Source: a bacterium
GTDB taxonomy: Bacteria > Patescibacteriota > Dojkabacteria > B142 > OLB20
NCBI GenBank assembly: GCA_021463645.1
Contig: JAJTYI010000001.1
Span: 33,803-97,802, forward strand
Reading direction: 5' to 3'
DNA length: 64,000 bases
The first letter of the stretch is position 1. Every line of letters begins with the position of its first letter. A program made the translations under genes and the position numbers. This document shows, in pieces, positions 45,994 through 56,461 of this stretch. The notes beneath the pieces are model-generated. The model had not been told where the DNA came from and ran no database searches. It saw nothing but the letters and a program-made list of their open reading frames with translations.

Positions 45994-46308
45994 TTAAGAG
46001 ATTTCTTTATTTGTTTTTTTAGATATTCTAACTTTCTTACCTTTTTCAACCTTGTATCCTACTCTTGTAGTTTTTCCCGTTTTTGGGTCAATCAGCATTA
46101 CTTTTGCTACAGGAATAGGTGCTTCAAATTCTTGAATAGTTCTTTTTTTCTGTTCTTGTGTAGTTTGTGATTTTTTGTGTCTTTTGACTATATTTACACC
46201 TTCCACAACAACTTTAGATACTTTTGGTAAAGTAAATTTCACAATTCCTTGTTTACCTCGATCTTTTCCTGATAATACTTTTACTGTGTCTCCTTTTTTG
46301 ATTTTCAT
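45994..46308 (-). CDS. rplX: 50S ribosomal protein L24.
   Basis: [24 protein letters not shown] motif. Confidence 0.93.
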   Translation of the reverse strand: MKIKKGDTVKVLSGKDRGKQGIVKFTLPKVSKVVVEGVNIVKRHKKSQTTQEQKKRTIQEFEAPIPVAKVMLIDPKTGKTTRVGYKVEKGKKVRISKKTNKEIS

Positions 46309-46691
46309 TAGAGTACCTCCTGAGCTAAACTAACAATTTTTCCGTATCCTTTTTCTCTAAGCTCTCTAGCAACTGGACCGAAAATTCTAGTTGCTTTTGG
46401 TTCTTTTTTTGCTTTATCGATAATTACTGCTGCATTGTCATCAAATCGAATGTATGATCCATCTTTTCTCTTTACTTCTTTTGTTGTTCGGACAACTACT
46501 GCGTCAACCACATCTCCTTGTTGATAGTTACTATTCGGCAATGCTTTCTTGACTGATGCTTTTACCATTTCTCCTACTGAAGCAAATCTCTGGAAACTGT
46601 TTCCTTTGCCCCTTCCCATAACACGTATTACCATGATTGTCTTGGCTCCGCTGTTATCAGTTACAGTTAATCTCGATAAATTCTGTACCAT
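46308..46691 (-). CDS. rplN: 50S ribosomal protein L14.
   Basis: [16 protein letters not shown]...[11 protein letters not shown]...[13 protein letters not shown]. Confidence 0.95.
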   Translation of the reverse strand: MVQNLSRLTVTDNSGAKTIMVIRVMGRGKGNSFQRFASVGEMVKASVKKALPNSNYQQGDVVDAVVVRTTKEVKRKDGSYIRFDDNAAVIIDKAKKEPKATRIFGPVARELREKGYGKIVSLAQEVL

Positions 46692-46966
46692 TATTTCACT
46701 TTTTCAACTAGATAAAATTTCTTAGTCTTACTAACAGGTTTACCTTCCAAAATCCAAACTATATCTCCTTTTACAAATTCACCCTCGACCTTTTTGTGTA
46801 CTAAGTAGTTTTTGTGCTTTTTAATAATTTTCTTATACAAAGGATGTGAGTATTTGATCTCAACTCGAACCTTGATGGTTGTGTCGTCAATTACGTTTAT
46901 AATCACACCTTGTAATTTCTTCGGTTGTGTTTTTGTTTCAGTTGTTTCTTTTGTTTTCTTAGTCAT
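46691..46966 (-). CDS. rpsQ: 30S ribosomal protein S17.
   Basis: [41 protein letters not shown]...[16 protein letters not shown]. Confidence 0.92.
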   Translation of the reverse strand: MTKKTKETTETKTQPKKLQGVIINVIDDTTIKVRVEIKYSHPLYKKIIKKHKNYLVHKKVEGEFVKGDIVWILEGKPVSKTKKFYLVEKVK

Positions 46967-46981
46967 TATTTATATTTGTAA

Positions 46982-47314
46982 TTATTTATCAGCTTTTTTC
47001 TTTGTTGTTTTCACTTTTACTTCCTCTTTATCTTCTTTAACTTCTTCTTCCTTCTTTGACTCTTTCTTTGTTTCTTTTTTAACTTCTTTTTTTTCTGTTT
47101 CGACTTTTTTCAAGGGTGCATGTAAACCTAATTCAATTTCTTTAATCAAAGTATTAATTGTAGCTACCTCTTTTCTCTTTTTGATTATTTGTGAATAATC
47201 TTTCTCCTGACCTATCCTCACATCATATCGAAGGTCTGCAAGTTCTTTAGAGACTTTCTCATGTCTTGTCTGCAATTCTTTTAATTCCATTGTTTTTAAT
47301 TTTGATTTGTTCAT
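46982..47314 (-). CDS. rpmC: 50S ribosomal protein L29 with a K/E-rich C-terminal extension of about 45 aa.
   Basis: [26 protein letters not shown] core, then a [34 protein letters not shown] tail. Confidence 0.88.
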   Translation of the reverse strand: MNKSKLKTMELKELQTRHEKVSKELADLRYDVRIGQEKDYSQIIKKRKEVATINTLIKEIELGLHAPLKKVETEKKEVKKETKKESKKEEEVKEDKEEVKVKTTKKKADK

Positions 47315-47721
47315 CCTTGTCTCGATATGATTCTAGTTAATACAGGTAATTTTTGTGATGCTTTTCGAAGTGCTTCCACTGCGATTGCTTCATCAACTCC
47401 ACCAATTTCGAACATTACACGGCCTGGTTTTACTACAGCCACATAACCTTCGACACTACCTTTACCTTTACCCATCCTTACCTCAGCTGGTTTTTTCGAG
47501 TATGGTTTGTGAGGGAATACTCTAATCCAAAGTTTTCCTTTTCTCTTCATCTCTCTAACCAAAGCTTTTCTAGCTGCTTCAATCTGTCTACTGTTCACCC
47601 AGCTTCGTGTTACAGACTGTAGACCGAAGTCTCCGCTTGAAAGTTCATTACCAGTACTGGCTGTTCCTTTCATTCTGCCTCTAAATGCTTTTCTGTATTT
47701 TGTGTTTGATGGCTGTAACAT
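47311..47721 (-). CDS. rplP: 50S ribosomal protein L16.
   Basis: [19 protein letters not shown]...[25 protein letters not shown]. Confidence 0.95.
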   Translation of the reverse strand: MLQPSNTKYRKAFRGRMKGTASTGNELSSGDFGLQSVTRSWVNSRQIEAARKALVREMKRKGKLWIRVFPHKPYSKKPAEVRMGKGKGSVEGYVAVVKPGRVMFEIGGVDEAIAVEALRKASQKLPVLTRIISRQG

Positions 47722-47723
47722 TA

Positions 47724-48377
47724 TTAAAAATCGCTATCATCTAAATCTAATTTTTCTCCAGTATAAACCCAGACTTTAATTCCATGTTTACCTGCATTTG
47801 GTACTTGTGCATCTACGTAAGCGTAATCAATTTTTGCTCTAAGAGTTTGCATAGGTACTGATCCCCATTGGAATTTCTCTACCCTAGCAATCTCTGCTCC
47901 TTTGATACGACCGCCAACCCATATTTTGATACCTTTAACATCTGGTGACTTCTTTGCATTTTCGATCTCTCGACTTGCTGCGAATTTAGGAACTATTCTT
48001 CTTACAAGTTGATTTTTAATATTCTCTGCAATCAATCTTGCCTGTATTTCAGGATTTTTAATTTCAAAAACTTTCAATTCAACTTCTCCTTTGATCATTT
48101 TATTTAGTTCTTTTTTTAATTCCTCGATTCCTGCTCCTCCTCTACCAATAACAACACCAGGTCTAGCAACTCTTACCTCAATTATCACTTTATTCATTGA
48201 TCTTTTTATTTTTACTAAATTCACCCCTGAAGCTTCGATTTTGTTTCGAATGAATTTTTTAATTTTAAGATCATCATGTAATAAATCAGCGAACTGCTCT
48301 TTCGGTGCATACCAGAAAGATCCCCAGCCTTTGTTGACTCCTATTCTAAAACCTGTTGCGTTTATTTTATTACCCAT
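47724..48377 (-). CDS. rpsC: 30S ribosomal protein S3.
   Basis: [18 protein letters not shown]...KH domain...[10 protein letters not shown]. The start was moved to the ATG at 48377, which removes the overlap with rplV. Confidence 0.93.
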   Translation of the reverse strand: MGNKINATGFRIGVNKGWGSFWYAPKEQFADLLHDDLKIKKFIRNKIEASGVNLVKIKRSMNKVIIEVRVARPGVVIGRGGAGIEELKKELNKMIKGEVELKVFEIKNPEIQARLIAENIKNQLVRRIVPKFAASREIENAKKSPDVKGIKIWVGGRIKGAEIARVEKFQWGSVPMQTLRAKIDYAYVDAQVPNAGKHGIKVWVYTGEKLDLDDSDF

Positions 48378-48388
48378 TGTTTGTTTAA

Positions 48389-48742
48389 TTAATTTATTTG
48401 TTGAACTCCAATAGTTATATGACAATTTCTTTTTAAAATTTGATGATATCGGCCTCTTGCAACTGCCAAACCTCGTTTGAAAGTTGGGGCTTCATCAACA
48501 AATGCCTCGCTAATTACAAGTTTCTTTTTGTCCCAGCTATTGTTATGAACTGCATTACTAATTGCAGAATTAACAACTTTAAGAACATCCTCAGCAACTG
48601 CTTTGTTTGTAAATTTCAAAATATCTAACGCTTTTAAAGCTTCTTTACCTCTTACCAAATCCAAAACCAATCTAGTTTTTCTAGCTGATGATTTCACATA
48701 TTTAGTTTTTGCGTATACTGTTTTTTCTGACATTTTAATCAT
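48389..48742 (-). CDS. rplV: 50S ribosomal protein L22.
   Basis: [34 protein letters not shown]...[15 protein letters not shown]. Confidence 0.93.
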   Translation of the reverse strand: MIKMSEKTVYAKTKYVKSSARKTRLVLDLVRGKEALKALDILKFTNKAVAEDVLKVVNSAISNAVHNNSWDKKKLVISEAFVDEAPTFKRGLAVARGRYHQILKRNCHITIGVQQIN

Positions 48743-49043
48743 TTAATACTCTACCAATAGAACCTGTTGCTTTACCAATCTTACCTTTCTTACTGTGTCC
48801 TTGGAATTTCCTGGTTTGTGAAAATTCTCCAAGTTTATGTCCTACCATAGACTCAGTAACAAATACATTTATAAAATCTTTTCCGTTATGAACTTCGAAA
48901 GTCACCCCCACCATTTCTGGTGAAATTGCACTATCTCTTGCCCATGTTCGAACTCCACCTCTTTGACCAGATTGTTTATGTTTCTCAATTTTTTTTATTA
49001 ATTTAGGATCAATATATGGTCCTTTTTTACTTGATCTAGACAT
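48735..49043 (-). CDS. rpsS: 30S ribosomal protein S19.
   Basis: [12 protein letters not shown]...[38 protein letters not shown]. Confidence 0.95.
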   Translation of the reverse strand: MSRSSKKGPYIDPKLIKKIEKHKQSGQRGGVRTWARDSAISPEMVGVTFEVHNGKDFINVFVTESMVGHKLGEFSQTRKFQGHSKKGKIGKATGSIGRVLND

Positions 49044-49048
49044 TTTTA

Positions 49049-49918
49049 TTAAACAATAGTTTTATATTTTTTACTTTGTCGACCTTTTTTATTTGGTCTT
49101 CTTTTAATTATATATTTATTTGTAATTTTATTATTTCTTGTTTTCTTTCCGACTCGATTGCCCCATCGATCCTGTGCTGGACCTCCTGGACCGTGTCTAC
49201 CACTCTTACCTTGACCATCTCCATGTGGATGCTTACCTCCACTCATCGCAACACCACGAACAGTTGGTCTGAAGCCCATTTTGCGCTTACGACCAGCTTT
49301 TCCTAGTTTTACATTTTTCACATCTATATTGCCAACAGTACCAACAGTAGCCATACACTCTGATCTTACCAATCGGATTTCTCCGCTAGGCATTTTGAGT
49401 TGTGCATAATCTTGAGTAAATCCTTGGATTTGGATGGCCGAGCCAGCAGCTCTAGCAATTATACCACCATTTCCCCTTGTTGTCTCAATATTATGAACGA
49501 AGGTCGATGCTGGAATGTTCTTCAATGGCATCGCATTTCCAACTTTTGCAGATACTTTTTCACCTGCTATAACTGTATCACCAACTTTCAATTTAACAGG
49601 AGCCAAAATGTATCTTCTCTCACCATCGATGTATTTTATCAATGCAATGTGAGAAGTTCTGTTTGGATCATATTCAATAGACTCTACAGTTCCCGGAACA
49701 TCGAATTTGTCTCTTTTGAAATCAATAATTCTAAATCTTCTTTTTACTCTACCACCCTTGTGTCGAACAGTCTGTTTCCCTCTGAAGTTCTTACCTGCAC
49801 TGTATTTAACGTTTTCAAGTAAAGCCTTGTGAGGTTTCTTTTTTGTGAGCCCAGAAAAATCCAATAACTCGGTATTTCTTCTTGTTGCTGTTGTAGGTTT
49901 GAATTGTCTTAAAGCCAT
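49049..49918 (-). CDS. rplB: 50S ribosomal protein L2.
   Basis: [26 protein letters not shown]...[14 protein letters not shown]...[18 protein letters not shown]. Confidence 0.96.
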   Translation of the reverse strand: MALRQFKPTTATRRNTELLDFSGLTKKKPHKALLENVKYSAGKNFRGKQTVRHKGGRVKRRFRIIDFKRDKFDVPGTVESIEYDPNRTSHIALIKYIDGERRYILAPVKLKVGDTVIAGEKVSAKVGNAMPLKNIPASTFVHNIETTRGNGGIIARAAGSAIQIQGFTQDYAQLKMPSGEIRLVRSECMATVGTVGNIDVKNVKLGKAGRKRKMGFRPTVRGVAMSGGKHPHGDGQGKSGRHGPGGPAQDRWGNRVGKKTRNNKITNKYIIKRRPNKKGRQSKKYKTIV

Positions 49919-50202
49919 TATTTTATATTAAAAACTTCTATCGAATCGCCCTCTTTCAATGTGACGATTGCTTTTTTATATGTAGATCTTCTTCCTTTTT
50001 GTCTGGTTTTCCCAAACATAACTTTTTTTCCTAAAACATTTAATAATCTGACGTTTTCGACCTTCACACCGTATTTTTCTGCTATGGACTTTCCAATAGC
50101 AATTTTACCTGCCTTTGGATTCACGATGAATGTATATTGATTCAATTCATCTGCCAATCTCATTGTTTTTTCACTTATTAAAGGTTTTACTATATTTTCC
50201 AT
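49918..50202 (-). CDS. rplW: 50S ribosomal protein L23.
   Basis: IVKPLISEKTMRLADE.NQYTFIVNPKA.K..I...I...YGVKVENV. Confidence 0.92.
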   Translation of the reverse strand: MENIVKPLISEKTMRLADELNQYTFIVNPKAGKIAIGKSIAEKYGVKVENVRLLNVLGKKVMFGKTRQKGRRSTYKKAIVTLKEGDSIEVFNIK

Positions 50203-50204
50203 TA

Positions 50205-50858
50205 TTATTCAGATTTTTTATCTTTTTTATCACTCCAGTATTCTTTGATTTTCTCTACTGTTTCTGGAGTTAAAACAATATTTTTATATTTTAATACTTG
50301 ATATGCGTTTAAACTGTTTACTACTTCTGTATCAACAACTTTCAGATTTGATGATGCTTTCATAAGATTTTCATCTTTTGCATGTGTGACTATCAAAGTC
50401 TTTCCATCAATTTTTGCCTTTTTAAATATATCTGCCAATGTTTGTGTTAATTTTTCATCTTTTAGACCAAATCCTTCGAAAATATGTACTACTTTGTCAG
50501 TTGCTTTTGTAGTCAATGCTGATCTCATAGCAACTGCTCGTTCTTTTCTGTTCATTGTTAATTTGTGGTTCGCCCAGTTCTTTGGACCAAATGCAACTCC
50601 TCCACCTCGAAAAATTGGGTTTCTGATGGAACCTGATCTTGCACGACCTGTTCCCTTTTGTTTCCATGGTTTTTTACCACCTCCGCTGACGTCGCCTCTT
50701 GTTTTTGAATGTGCATTGCTTTGTCTTTGGTTTGCTAGATATACTTTCAATGCTTTATCTAACAATACTTTGTTAACTTCAGATTCAAATATATCCTTAG
50801 GCAAAGTGATTGTCTTCTCTGATTTACCGCCTGTTTTTGTAAATAAAATCGCTTTCAT
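50205..50858 (-). CDS. rplD: 50S ribosomal protein L4.
   Basis: AHSKTRGDVSGGGKKPWKQKGTGRARSGSIRNPIFRGGGVAFGP. Confidence 0.95.
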   Translation of the reverse strand: MKAILFTKTGGKSEKTITLPKDIFESEVNKVLLDKALKVYLANQRQSNAHSKTRGDVSGGGKKPWKQKGTGRARSGSIRNPIFRGGGVAFGPKNWANHKLTMNRKERAVAMRSALTTKATDKVVHIFEGFGLKDEKLTQTLADIFKKAKIDGKTLIVTHAKDENLMKASSNLKVVDTEVVNSLNAYQVLKYKNIVLTPETVEKIKEYWSDKKDKKSE

Positions 50859-50859
50859 T

Positions 50860-51480
50860 TTAATCTCTTGATTTAATTAGTATATATGCACCTTTATTAC
50901 CTGGAACTGCTCCTTTGATTCCTAACAATTCATTTTTCTCGTCAATAAAGACGACCTCTAGGTTCTTTACCGTAACTTGTTCTCCACCCATTCTACCTGC
51001 CATTTTTTTACCTTTGTAAACTCTACCTGGTGTAGTACCTGATCCAATAGAACCTGGTGCTCTCCATCTGTCTGATTGACCGTGAGTTTTAGGTCCTCCG
51101 TGGAAATTCCATCTCTTCACAACACCTTGGAAACCTTTACCTTTTGAGCTTCCCGTGACGGAAACTATTTCTCCATTTTTAAATTGAGAAACTGTTAGTT
51201 TGGAATTTTCATCAATTTCTAGAACTAATTCTCTTATTTCTTTGATGTAGTTAGGTACAAAACCTAGTTTTTTGTATTTACCAACTTCAGGTTTATTTGC
51301 ATTTTTCTTTTTGCCTTTACCTAGGATAGTAGCATTGTAACCATCTTTGTCACTATTTTTAATACCAATGACATAGACATCACTGACATCAAGAATTGTG
51401 ACAGGAATAACTGCCCCATCTTCGTCGTAGATTTGAGTCATCTCTCTTTTTTGTGCCAATAATGCTTTCATCTCTATCAT
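50860..51480 (-). CDS. rplC: 50S ribosomal protein L3.
   Basis: KREMTQIYDEDGAVIPVTIL...GKGFQGVVKRWNFHGGPKTHGQSDRWRAPGSIG. The true start may be the ATG at 51471. Confidence 0.95.
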   Translation of the reverse strand: MIEMKALLAQKREMTQIYDEDGAVIPVTILDVSDVYVIGIKNSDKDGYNATILGKGKKKNANKPEVGKYKKLGFVPNYIKEIRELVLEIDENSKLTVSQFKNGEIVSVTGSSKGKGFQGVVKRWNFHGGPKTHGQSDRWRAPGSIGSGTTPGRVYKGKKMAGRMGGEQVTVKNLEVVFIDEKNELLGIKGAVPGNKGAYILIKSRD

Positions 51481-51520
51481 TAATTTTTGTAAGTAAATTT
51501 TGTCTCTTTATAAAAAATTG

Positions 51521-51533
51521 AGCCCTAAGGGCT
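51521..51533 (-). terminator. Intrinsic terminator/attenuator-like hairpin in the 146-nt rpsJ-rplC spacer.
   Basis: The minus strand reads AGCCC-tta-GGGCT followed by CAATTTTTTAT. Confidence 0.45.
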
Positions 51534-51626
51534 ACAGTTTATTAGCTGTTTACCTTTTTTATATTTACTCTAGTTTGATTTCAGGTTTCTCCAATACTGG
51601 AAAATTAACCATAAAATATTTATAAA

Positions 51627-51926
51627 TTATTTAATTTCTATCCATACACCTGCAGCAAGCTGTAAGTGTGTGAGCGAATCAACTGTTTTACTTGTTGGTT
51701 CTATTATATCAATAAGTCTCTTATGTGTGTTTAATTCGAAATGCTCTTTTGATCTACTATCAACATGTGGTGAACGTAATGTGACAAACTTCATCTTCTT
51801 TGTAGGAAGTGGGATAGGACCCAAAGTTTTTGCACCTGTTCGTACTGCAGTCTCGATAATCTGCTCAGCAGCCTTATCTACAACTTTACTATCATAACCT
51901 TTTATTTTAATTCTAATTTTTTGCAT
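51627..51926 (-). CDS. rpsJ: 30S ribosomal protein S10.
   Basis: [17 protein letters not shown]...GPIPLPTK...[26 protein letters not shown]. Confidence 0.95.
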   Translation of the reverse strand: MQKIRIKIKGYDSKVVDKAAEQIIETAVRTGAKTLGPIPLPTKKMKFVTLRSPHVDSRSKEHFELNTHKRLIDIIEPTSKTVDSLTHLQLAAGVWIEIK

Positions 51927-51955
51927 TTATTTAAAAGAGCTTTTATCTAAAAGAA

Positions 51956-51978
51956 GGGATCCTCAATCAGAGGATCCC
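51956..51978 (-). terminator. Strong intrinsic terminator hairpin between tuf and rpsJ.
   Basis: The minus strand reads GGGATCCTC-tgatt-GAGGATCCC followed by TTCTTTT. The stem is 9 bp. Confidence 0.6.
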
Positions 51979-51990
51979 ATTTATTTCATA

Positions 51991-53187
51991 TTATTTAATA
52001 ATTTTAGTAACAACACCTGCTCCTACTGTTCTTCCTCCCTCTCGAATAGCAAATCTCATTTTCTCTTCGATTGCTGCTGGAGTTGAAAGCTTAACAGAGA
52101 ATTTAGCATTATCTCCAGGCATTACCATTTCTGTTCCACTTGGAAGTGTAACTTCTCCGGTTACATCAGTTGTTCTGATATAGAACTGAGGTTTGTATCC
52201 TGTAAAGAATGCTGTGTGTCTTCCACCTTCGTCCTTGGTCAAGATGTATGCTTCAACTTCGAACTCTGTGTGTGGATTGATTGAACCCTTTTGAGCAAGT
52301 ACTTGACCTCTCTCGATATCTTCTCTTTTCAAACCTCGGATAAGTACTCCAACATTATCACCAGCCATACCTTCTTCAAGTTGTTTATTGAACATCTCTA
52401 CTCCAGTTACTGTGATTTGTTTGATGGATTCACTTAGACCAACTTGATCGATAACATCACCAACTTTTACTTTACCTCTGTCAATTCTACCTGTTGCTAC
52501 TGTACCACGACCCTCGATTGAGAATACGTCTTCTACAGCCATTAAGAATGGTTTGTCGATTTCTCTTTCTGGTTCTGGGATAAATGTATCCAATGCATCC
52601 ATAAGTTCTTGCATTGTTTTATCACCTTCGTCTCCACCTTCTAGACCTTTTTTAGCACTACCTTTGATAATAGGTGTTTCGTCACCAGGGTATTGGTATT
52701 TCTTTAAGATGTCTCGGATTTCTTCTTCTACAAGCATAAGTAATTCTTCGTCCATGTCATCATCGAAAACATTGATGAAAACTACGATATGTTCTACACC
52801 AACCTGTCTAGCTAATATGACATGTTCTTTTGTTTGAGGCATTGGACCATCAGCTGCAGATACGACCAAAATAGCACCGTCCATTTGTGCGGCACCAGTA
52901 ATCATATTTTTGATGTAGTCTTTGTGACCTGGACAATCAATATGAGCATAATGTCTATTTTCTGATTCGTATTCAACGTGTGAAGATGCTACTGTAACAA
53001 TCTTTGTTTTATCTCGAACTACTCCACCTTTTGCAATTTCTGCATATCCTTTTTCTGATGCTGTTCTTCCTTTTCTTTGAGCAAATGCAATCAATGCTGC
53101 TGTTAATGTAGTTTTACCGTGATCGATATGACCTAGTGTACCGACATTAATGTGTGGTTTTGTTCTGTCGAATTTTTTGTCAGCCAT
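51991..53187 (-). CDS. tuf: Elongation factor Tu.
   Basis: [20 protein letters not shown]...DCPGHKDY...398 aa. Confidence 0.97.
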   Translation of the reverse strand: MADKKFDRTKPHINVGTLGHIDHGKTTLTAALIAFAQRKGRTASEKGYAEIAKGGVVRDKTKIVTVASSHVEYESENRHYAHIDCPGHKDYIKNMITGAAQMDGAILVVSAADGPMPQTKEHVILARQVGVEHIVVFINVFDDDMDEELLMLVEEEIRDILKKYQYPGDETPIIKGSAKKGLEGGDEGDKTMQELMDALDTFIPEPEREIDKPFLMAVEDVFSIEGRGTVATGRIDRGKVKVGDVIDQVGLSESIKQITVTGVEMFNKQLEEGMAGDNVGVLIRGLKREDIERGQVLAQKGSINPHTEFEVEAYILTKDEGGRHTAFFTGYKPQFYIRTTDVTGEVTLPSGTEMVMPGDNAKFSVKLSTPAAIEEKMRFAIREGGRTVGAGVVTKIIK

Positions 53188-53289
53188 TGTAAAAAACTTA
53201 AAATAATAAATAATTATAATTCCATCTTCTGATGGCAGTTTGAATTACATACAAACGAAAAGCTATAAAATAGCCAAAATAGCGAAACA

Positions 53290-53318
53290 TTTATAACAAA
53301 TTTAAACTGTTTTCGCAA
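53290..53318 (-). promoter_or_regulatory. Sigma-70-like promoter for tuf, bracketed by the inverted repeat GCGAAACA/TGTTTTCGC.
   Basis: On the reverse complement: TTGCGA (53318-53313), a 17-nt spacer, then TATAAA (53295-53290). The inverted-repeat arms lie at 53282-53289 and 53308-53316. Confidence 0.4.
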
Positions 53319-53354
53319 GTATTTTGTGCTACTGTTTCAAACAAATTCGTTTTA

Positions 53355-55502
53355 TTACGACTTTACTCCCAAAGCTTCATTTACAAGTCCATCAGGTACT
53401 TTTTGGTAATGGCTAAATTCCATCACGGATGTAGCCTTACCTTTACTCATTGATCTAATATCATTAATCCATCCAAACATATTACCTAGAGGCACTTCTG
53501 CAAATATTTCTTGCACCTTACCTTTTGGATTCATACTCTTTATAACACCTCTTTTTGATGAAAGAGCTCCTGTCACATCTCCTGCAAATTCGTCAGGTGC
53601 TACAACACTTACTTTCATAATTGGTTCCAGTAATATTGGCTTAGCTTTTCTCATAGCTTCTTTCAAACCTTTTGAACCTGCAATTCTAAATGTATCAGTA
53701 TTTGAGTCAACATCATGATAAGAACCGTCAGTAAGCGTAACCATAACATCAACAACGGGAAAACCTCCAAGTACACCTGATTTCATCGCATCAACCATAC
53801 CTTTTTCGACGGATGGTACGTATTCTGTAGGAATTGCACCACCTTTGATTTTGTTTACAAACTTGAATCCTGCACCTTGCTCTTGAGGTTCTATAATAAA
53901 GGTGATGTCAGCAAATTGACCTGCACCTCCAGTTTGCTTCTTCAATAGTTCGTGATGTTCAACGTTTCCTTCGATTGTTTCTCTGTATGCTACCTGTGGT
54001 TTACCAGCGGTAACATCAATTTTATATTCTCTTTTCAATATATCCATTTTGATTTCAAGATGAAGCTCTCCCATTCCTGAAATAATAGTCTGTCCAGTTT
54101 CCTTGTTACTTTCTGCTTTGAAAGTAGGATCTTCTTGCATCAATCTTCTCAAAGTTTCACCGAGTTTTTCTTGATCAGATTTCGTCTTTGGCTCGATTGC
54201 CAAACTCACAACAGGCTCTGGGAACTCAATACTCTCAAGAGCAACTGGTCGATCTTCCATACATAATGTATTACCTGTATAAGAATCTTTAATTCCAACA
54301 AGTCCGACAATGTCACCTGCTCGAGCTTTTGAAATATCTTCTCTATCATTTGCATGCATCAACAATACTCGACCAATTCTTTCTCGATTTCCTTTAGTAC
54401 TATTATAAACAGTAGAACCGGCGTTTAGAGTACCACTATAGATTCTAGCGAATGTTAGTTGTCCAATATGTGGATCAACTGCAACTTTGAATACCAAGGC
54501 TACGAATTCTTCGTCTTCTTTGATTTCTAATTCAACTCGCTCTTTTGTCTCTGTATTAACTGCAACAACTTTTCCGAGTTTTTCTACTAGTTCTCCAGTG
54601 TCTGAATCATGCATTGTATAGACTTTTTGAAATGGAGAAGGTAAGTATCGACAAATCGCGTCTAGCAATACCTTTGTTTCCGCCATTCTAGAATCCCCTC
54701 CCATAACTGGGAAGATTTTTCTAGCCAATGTATGCATTCTAAGTGCTGTATAAATCTCATCAACTTCCAACACACCATCTTCTAAATATTTTTCCATCAA
54801 TGTATCATCAGCTTCTGCAACTTTTTCTACCAAAGTGTCATGGAGTTCTTCTACTCTTGCTTTTATATCAGCAGGAATTTCGATTTCGACAAATTCTTGT
54901 TTTTCTTCGTCAGCATATTGATAAGCTTTCATCGTGACCAAATCAACATATCCACTAATTTCATGCTCTTTTCCAATTGGATATTGTATTGCTACAGCAT
55001 CAGAGCTAAGTTCATCTTGGATTGACTTTAAAGACATCTCGAAGTCACCACCGATTAGATTTAATTTATTTACAAAAGCGATTCTAGGAACATTATATTT
55101 GTCGGCTTGACCCCATACTTTTCCAGATTGTGGTTCTACTCCCATCTTTCCATCAAAAATCACTACAGCACCATCAAGTACTCTAAGTGATCTTTCTACC
55201 TCTGCTGTGAAATCTACATGACCTGGTGTATCGATAATATTAATACGATGAATGACATCATTTAGTGTCCATAAACAAGTAGTAGCAGCTGATTGAATTG
55301 TGATACCCCTTTCTTTCTCCTGATCCATAAAATCCATGTCTGCACCACCATCATGAGTTTCCCCGATGTTGTGCTTCTTACCAGTATAGAAAAGAATTCT
55401 CTCTGTGGTCGTGGTTTTACCAGCGTCAACATGAGCAATAATTCCAATATTTCTATAATTCTGAAGGTCTTTAACTACTGAATAATCAAATTTTGTCGCC
55501 AT
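53355..55502 (-). CDS. fusA: Elongation factor G.
   Basis: RNIGIIAHVDAGKTTTTERILFYTG...DTPGHVDF...715 aa. Confidence 0.97.
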   Translation of the reverse strand: MATKFDYSVVKDLQNYRNIGIIAHVDAGKTTTTERILFYTGKKHNIGETHDGGADMDFMDQEKERGITIQSAATTCLWTLNDVIHRINIIDTPGHVDFTAEVERSLRVLDGAVVIFDGKMGVEPQSGKVWGQADKYNVPRIAFVNKLNLIGGDFEMSLKSIQDELSSDAVAIQYPIGKEHEISGYVDLVTMKAYQYADEEKQEFVEIEIPADIKARVEELHDTLVEKVAEADDTLMEKYLEDGVLEVDEIYTALRMHTLARKIFPVMGGDSRMAETKVLLDAICRYLPSPFQKVYTMHDSDTGELVEKLGKVVAVNTETKERVELEIKEDEEFVALVFKVAVDPHIGQLTFARIYSGTLNAGSTVYNSTKGNRERIGRVLLMHANDREDISKARAGDIVGLVGIKDSYTGNTLCMEDRPVALESIEFPEPVVSLAIEPKTKSDQEKLGETLRRLMQEDPTFKAESNKETGQTIISGMGELHLEIKMDILKREYKIDVTAGKPQVAYRETIEGNVEHHELLKKQTGGAGQFADITFIIEPQEQGAGFKFVNKIKGGAIPTEYVPSVEKGMVDAMKSGVLGGFPVVDVMVTLTDGSYHDVDSNTDTFRIAGSKGLKEAMRKAKPILLEPIMKVSVVAPDEFAGDVTGALSSKRGVIKSMNPKGKVQEIFAEVPLGNMFGWINDIRSMSKGKATSVMEFSHYQKVPDGLVNEALGVKS

Positions 55503-55593
55503 TGCAAATAAATATTAAAAAAATCAAATATGTCAGGGTAGTAATTTCCTGAAGCCAAAAAGATACAACAGAAATTGTTATCTCTCAATAAGG

Positions 55594-55622
55594 ATTTTAT
55601 ATGATTGGGGGGAAATTTGCAA
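55594..55622 (-). promoter_or_regulatory. Sigma-70-like promoter for fusA.
   Basis: On the reverse complement: TTGCAA (55622-55617), a 17-nt spacer, then TAAAAT (55599-55594). It lies about 90 nt upstream of the ATG. Confidence 0.4.
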
Positions 55623-55694
55623 AATTAGAAATGTAAAATCTCTTTATTTAAACCAATATACCGTGTTTGTGAATAATAGAATGCTGAATTCCCT

Positions 55695-56459
55695 CTATAG
55701 AAGATTTTCATGAATAAACTTAATCAACCCACCGTCCTCAAAATCGCCGATTACTAGATCTGCATGTGACTTGGTTTCTTCGTCCGCATTACCCATAACT
55801 ACCTTGATTCCACACTCTTTTAACATAGGCAAGTCTCCAATACTATCGCCTACACCCAAACAATCTTCAGTGGTTAAACCCAACGCATTCTTTACATATC
55901 TAACACCTTCTCCTTTTGAAACATCCTTATTAGTAATATGAATATGAGCTCCAGCGGGATTAAAAGAGCTTACCAAAGTTGAAATATGAAAATTCTCTGC
56001 AATCGGCTCGATAACATCCAATACCTTTCTTGTATTTTCTCTCGAATCTGTATTAATGGACAGGATAGTTATCTCATTATCTCCAACATCTATAATATCA
56101 TCAATCCATTCACCATTTACGCAAACACCATAGAAACAATCCATCGGATTGGTCAGGTCTATCAATTTATTAATCTCCTCTTTTGATAAAGATTTCTCAA
56201 ATTCAATTTTGCCTCCAGGAGCGAGAACTTTACTTCCAGTTTCTAGTACATGATAGAAGTTGTGAAGATTCGCTCCATCAATAATATGTCCCGAACTTTG
56301 AACACTACGGCCAGTACATAATGACACGTGGTACTTCTTTGTCAGTTTATTCAATGCCGATAGCATTTCTGGTGTTGTTGGAGTCATGAAATTCCTAGCG
56401 ATAACTCCATCCACATCTAGAAATATTATTTTTATTTTGTCAAAATCCATTTTTTTCAT
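55695..56459 (-). CDS. HAD-superfamily hydrolase, Cof-like (subfamily IIB).
   Basis: Motif I IIFLDVDGVI, motif II SLCTGR and motif IV GVGDSIGDLPM. Confidence 0.8.
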   Translation of the reverse strand: MKKMDFDKIKIIFLDVDGVIARNFMTPTTPEMLSALNKLTKKYHVSLCTGRSVQSSGHIIDGANLHNFYHVLETGSKVLAPGGKIEFEKSLSKEEINKLIDLTNPMDCFYGVCVNGEWIDDIIDVGDNEITILSINTDSRENTRKVLDVIEPIAENFHISTLVSSFNPAGAHIHITNKDVSKGEGVRYVKNALGLTTEDCLGVGDSIGDLPMLKECGIKVVMGNADEETKSHADLVIGDFEDGGLIKFIHENLL

Positions 56460-56461
56460 AT

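Noticed and set aside
37032-55481. Many 60-160-aa ORFs antisense to ribosomal-protein, tuf and fusA genes, for example 50386-50871 (161 aa), 49400-49822 (140 aa), 46812-47198 (128 aa) and 38022-38357.
   Set aside because: Each lies wholly inside a strongly supported conserved gene on the opposite strand. Their sequences are low-complexity (S/F/L/I-rich) and show no motifs. This is the usual shadow-ORF effect of biased codon usage.
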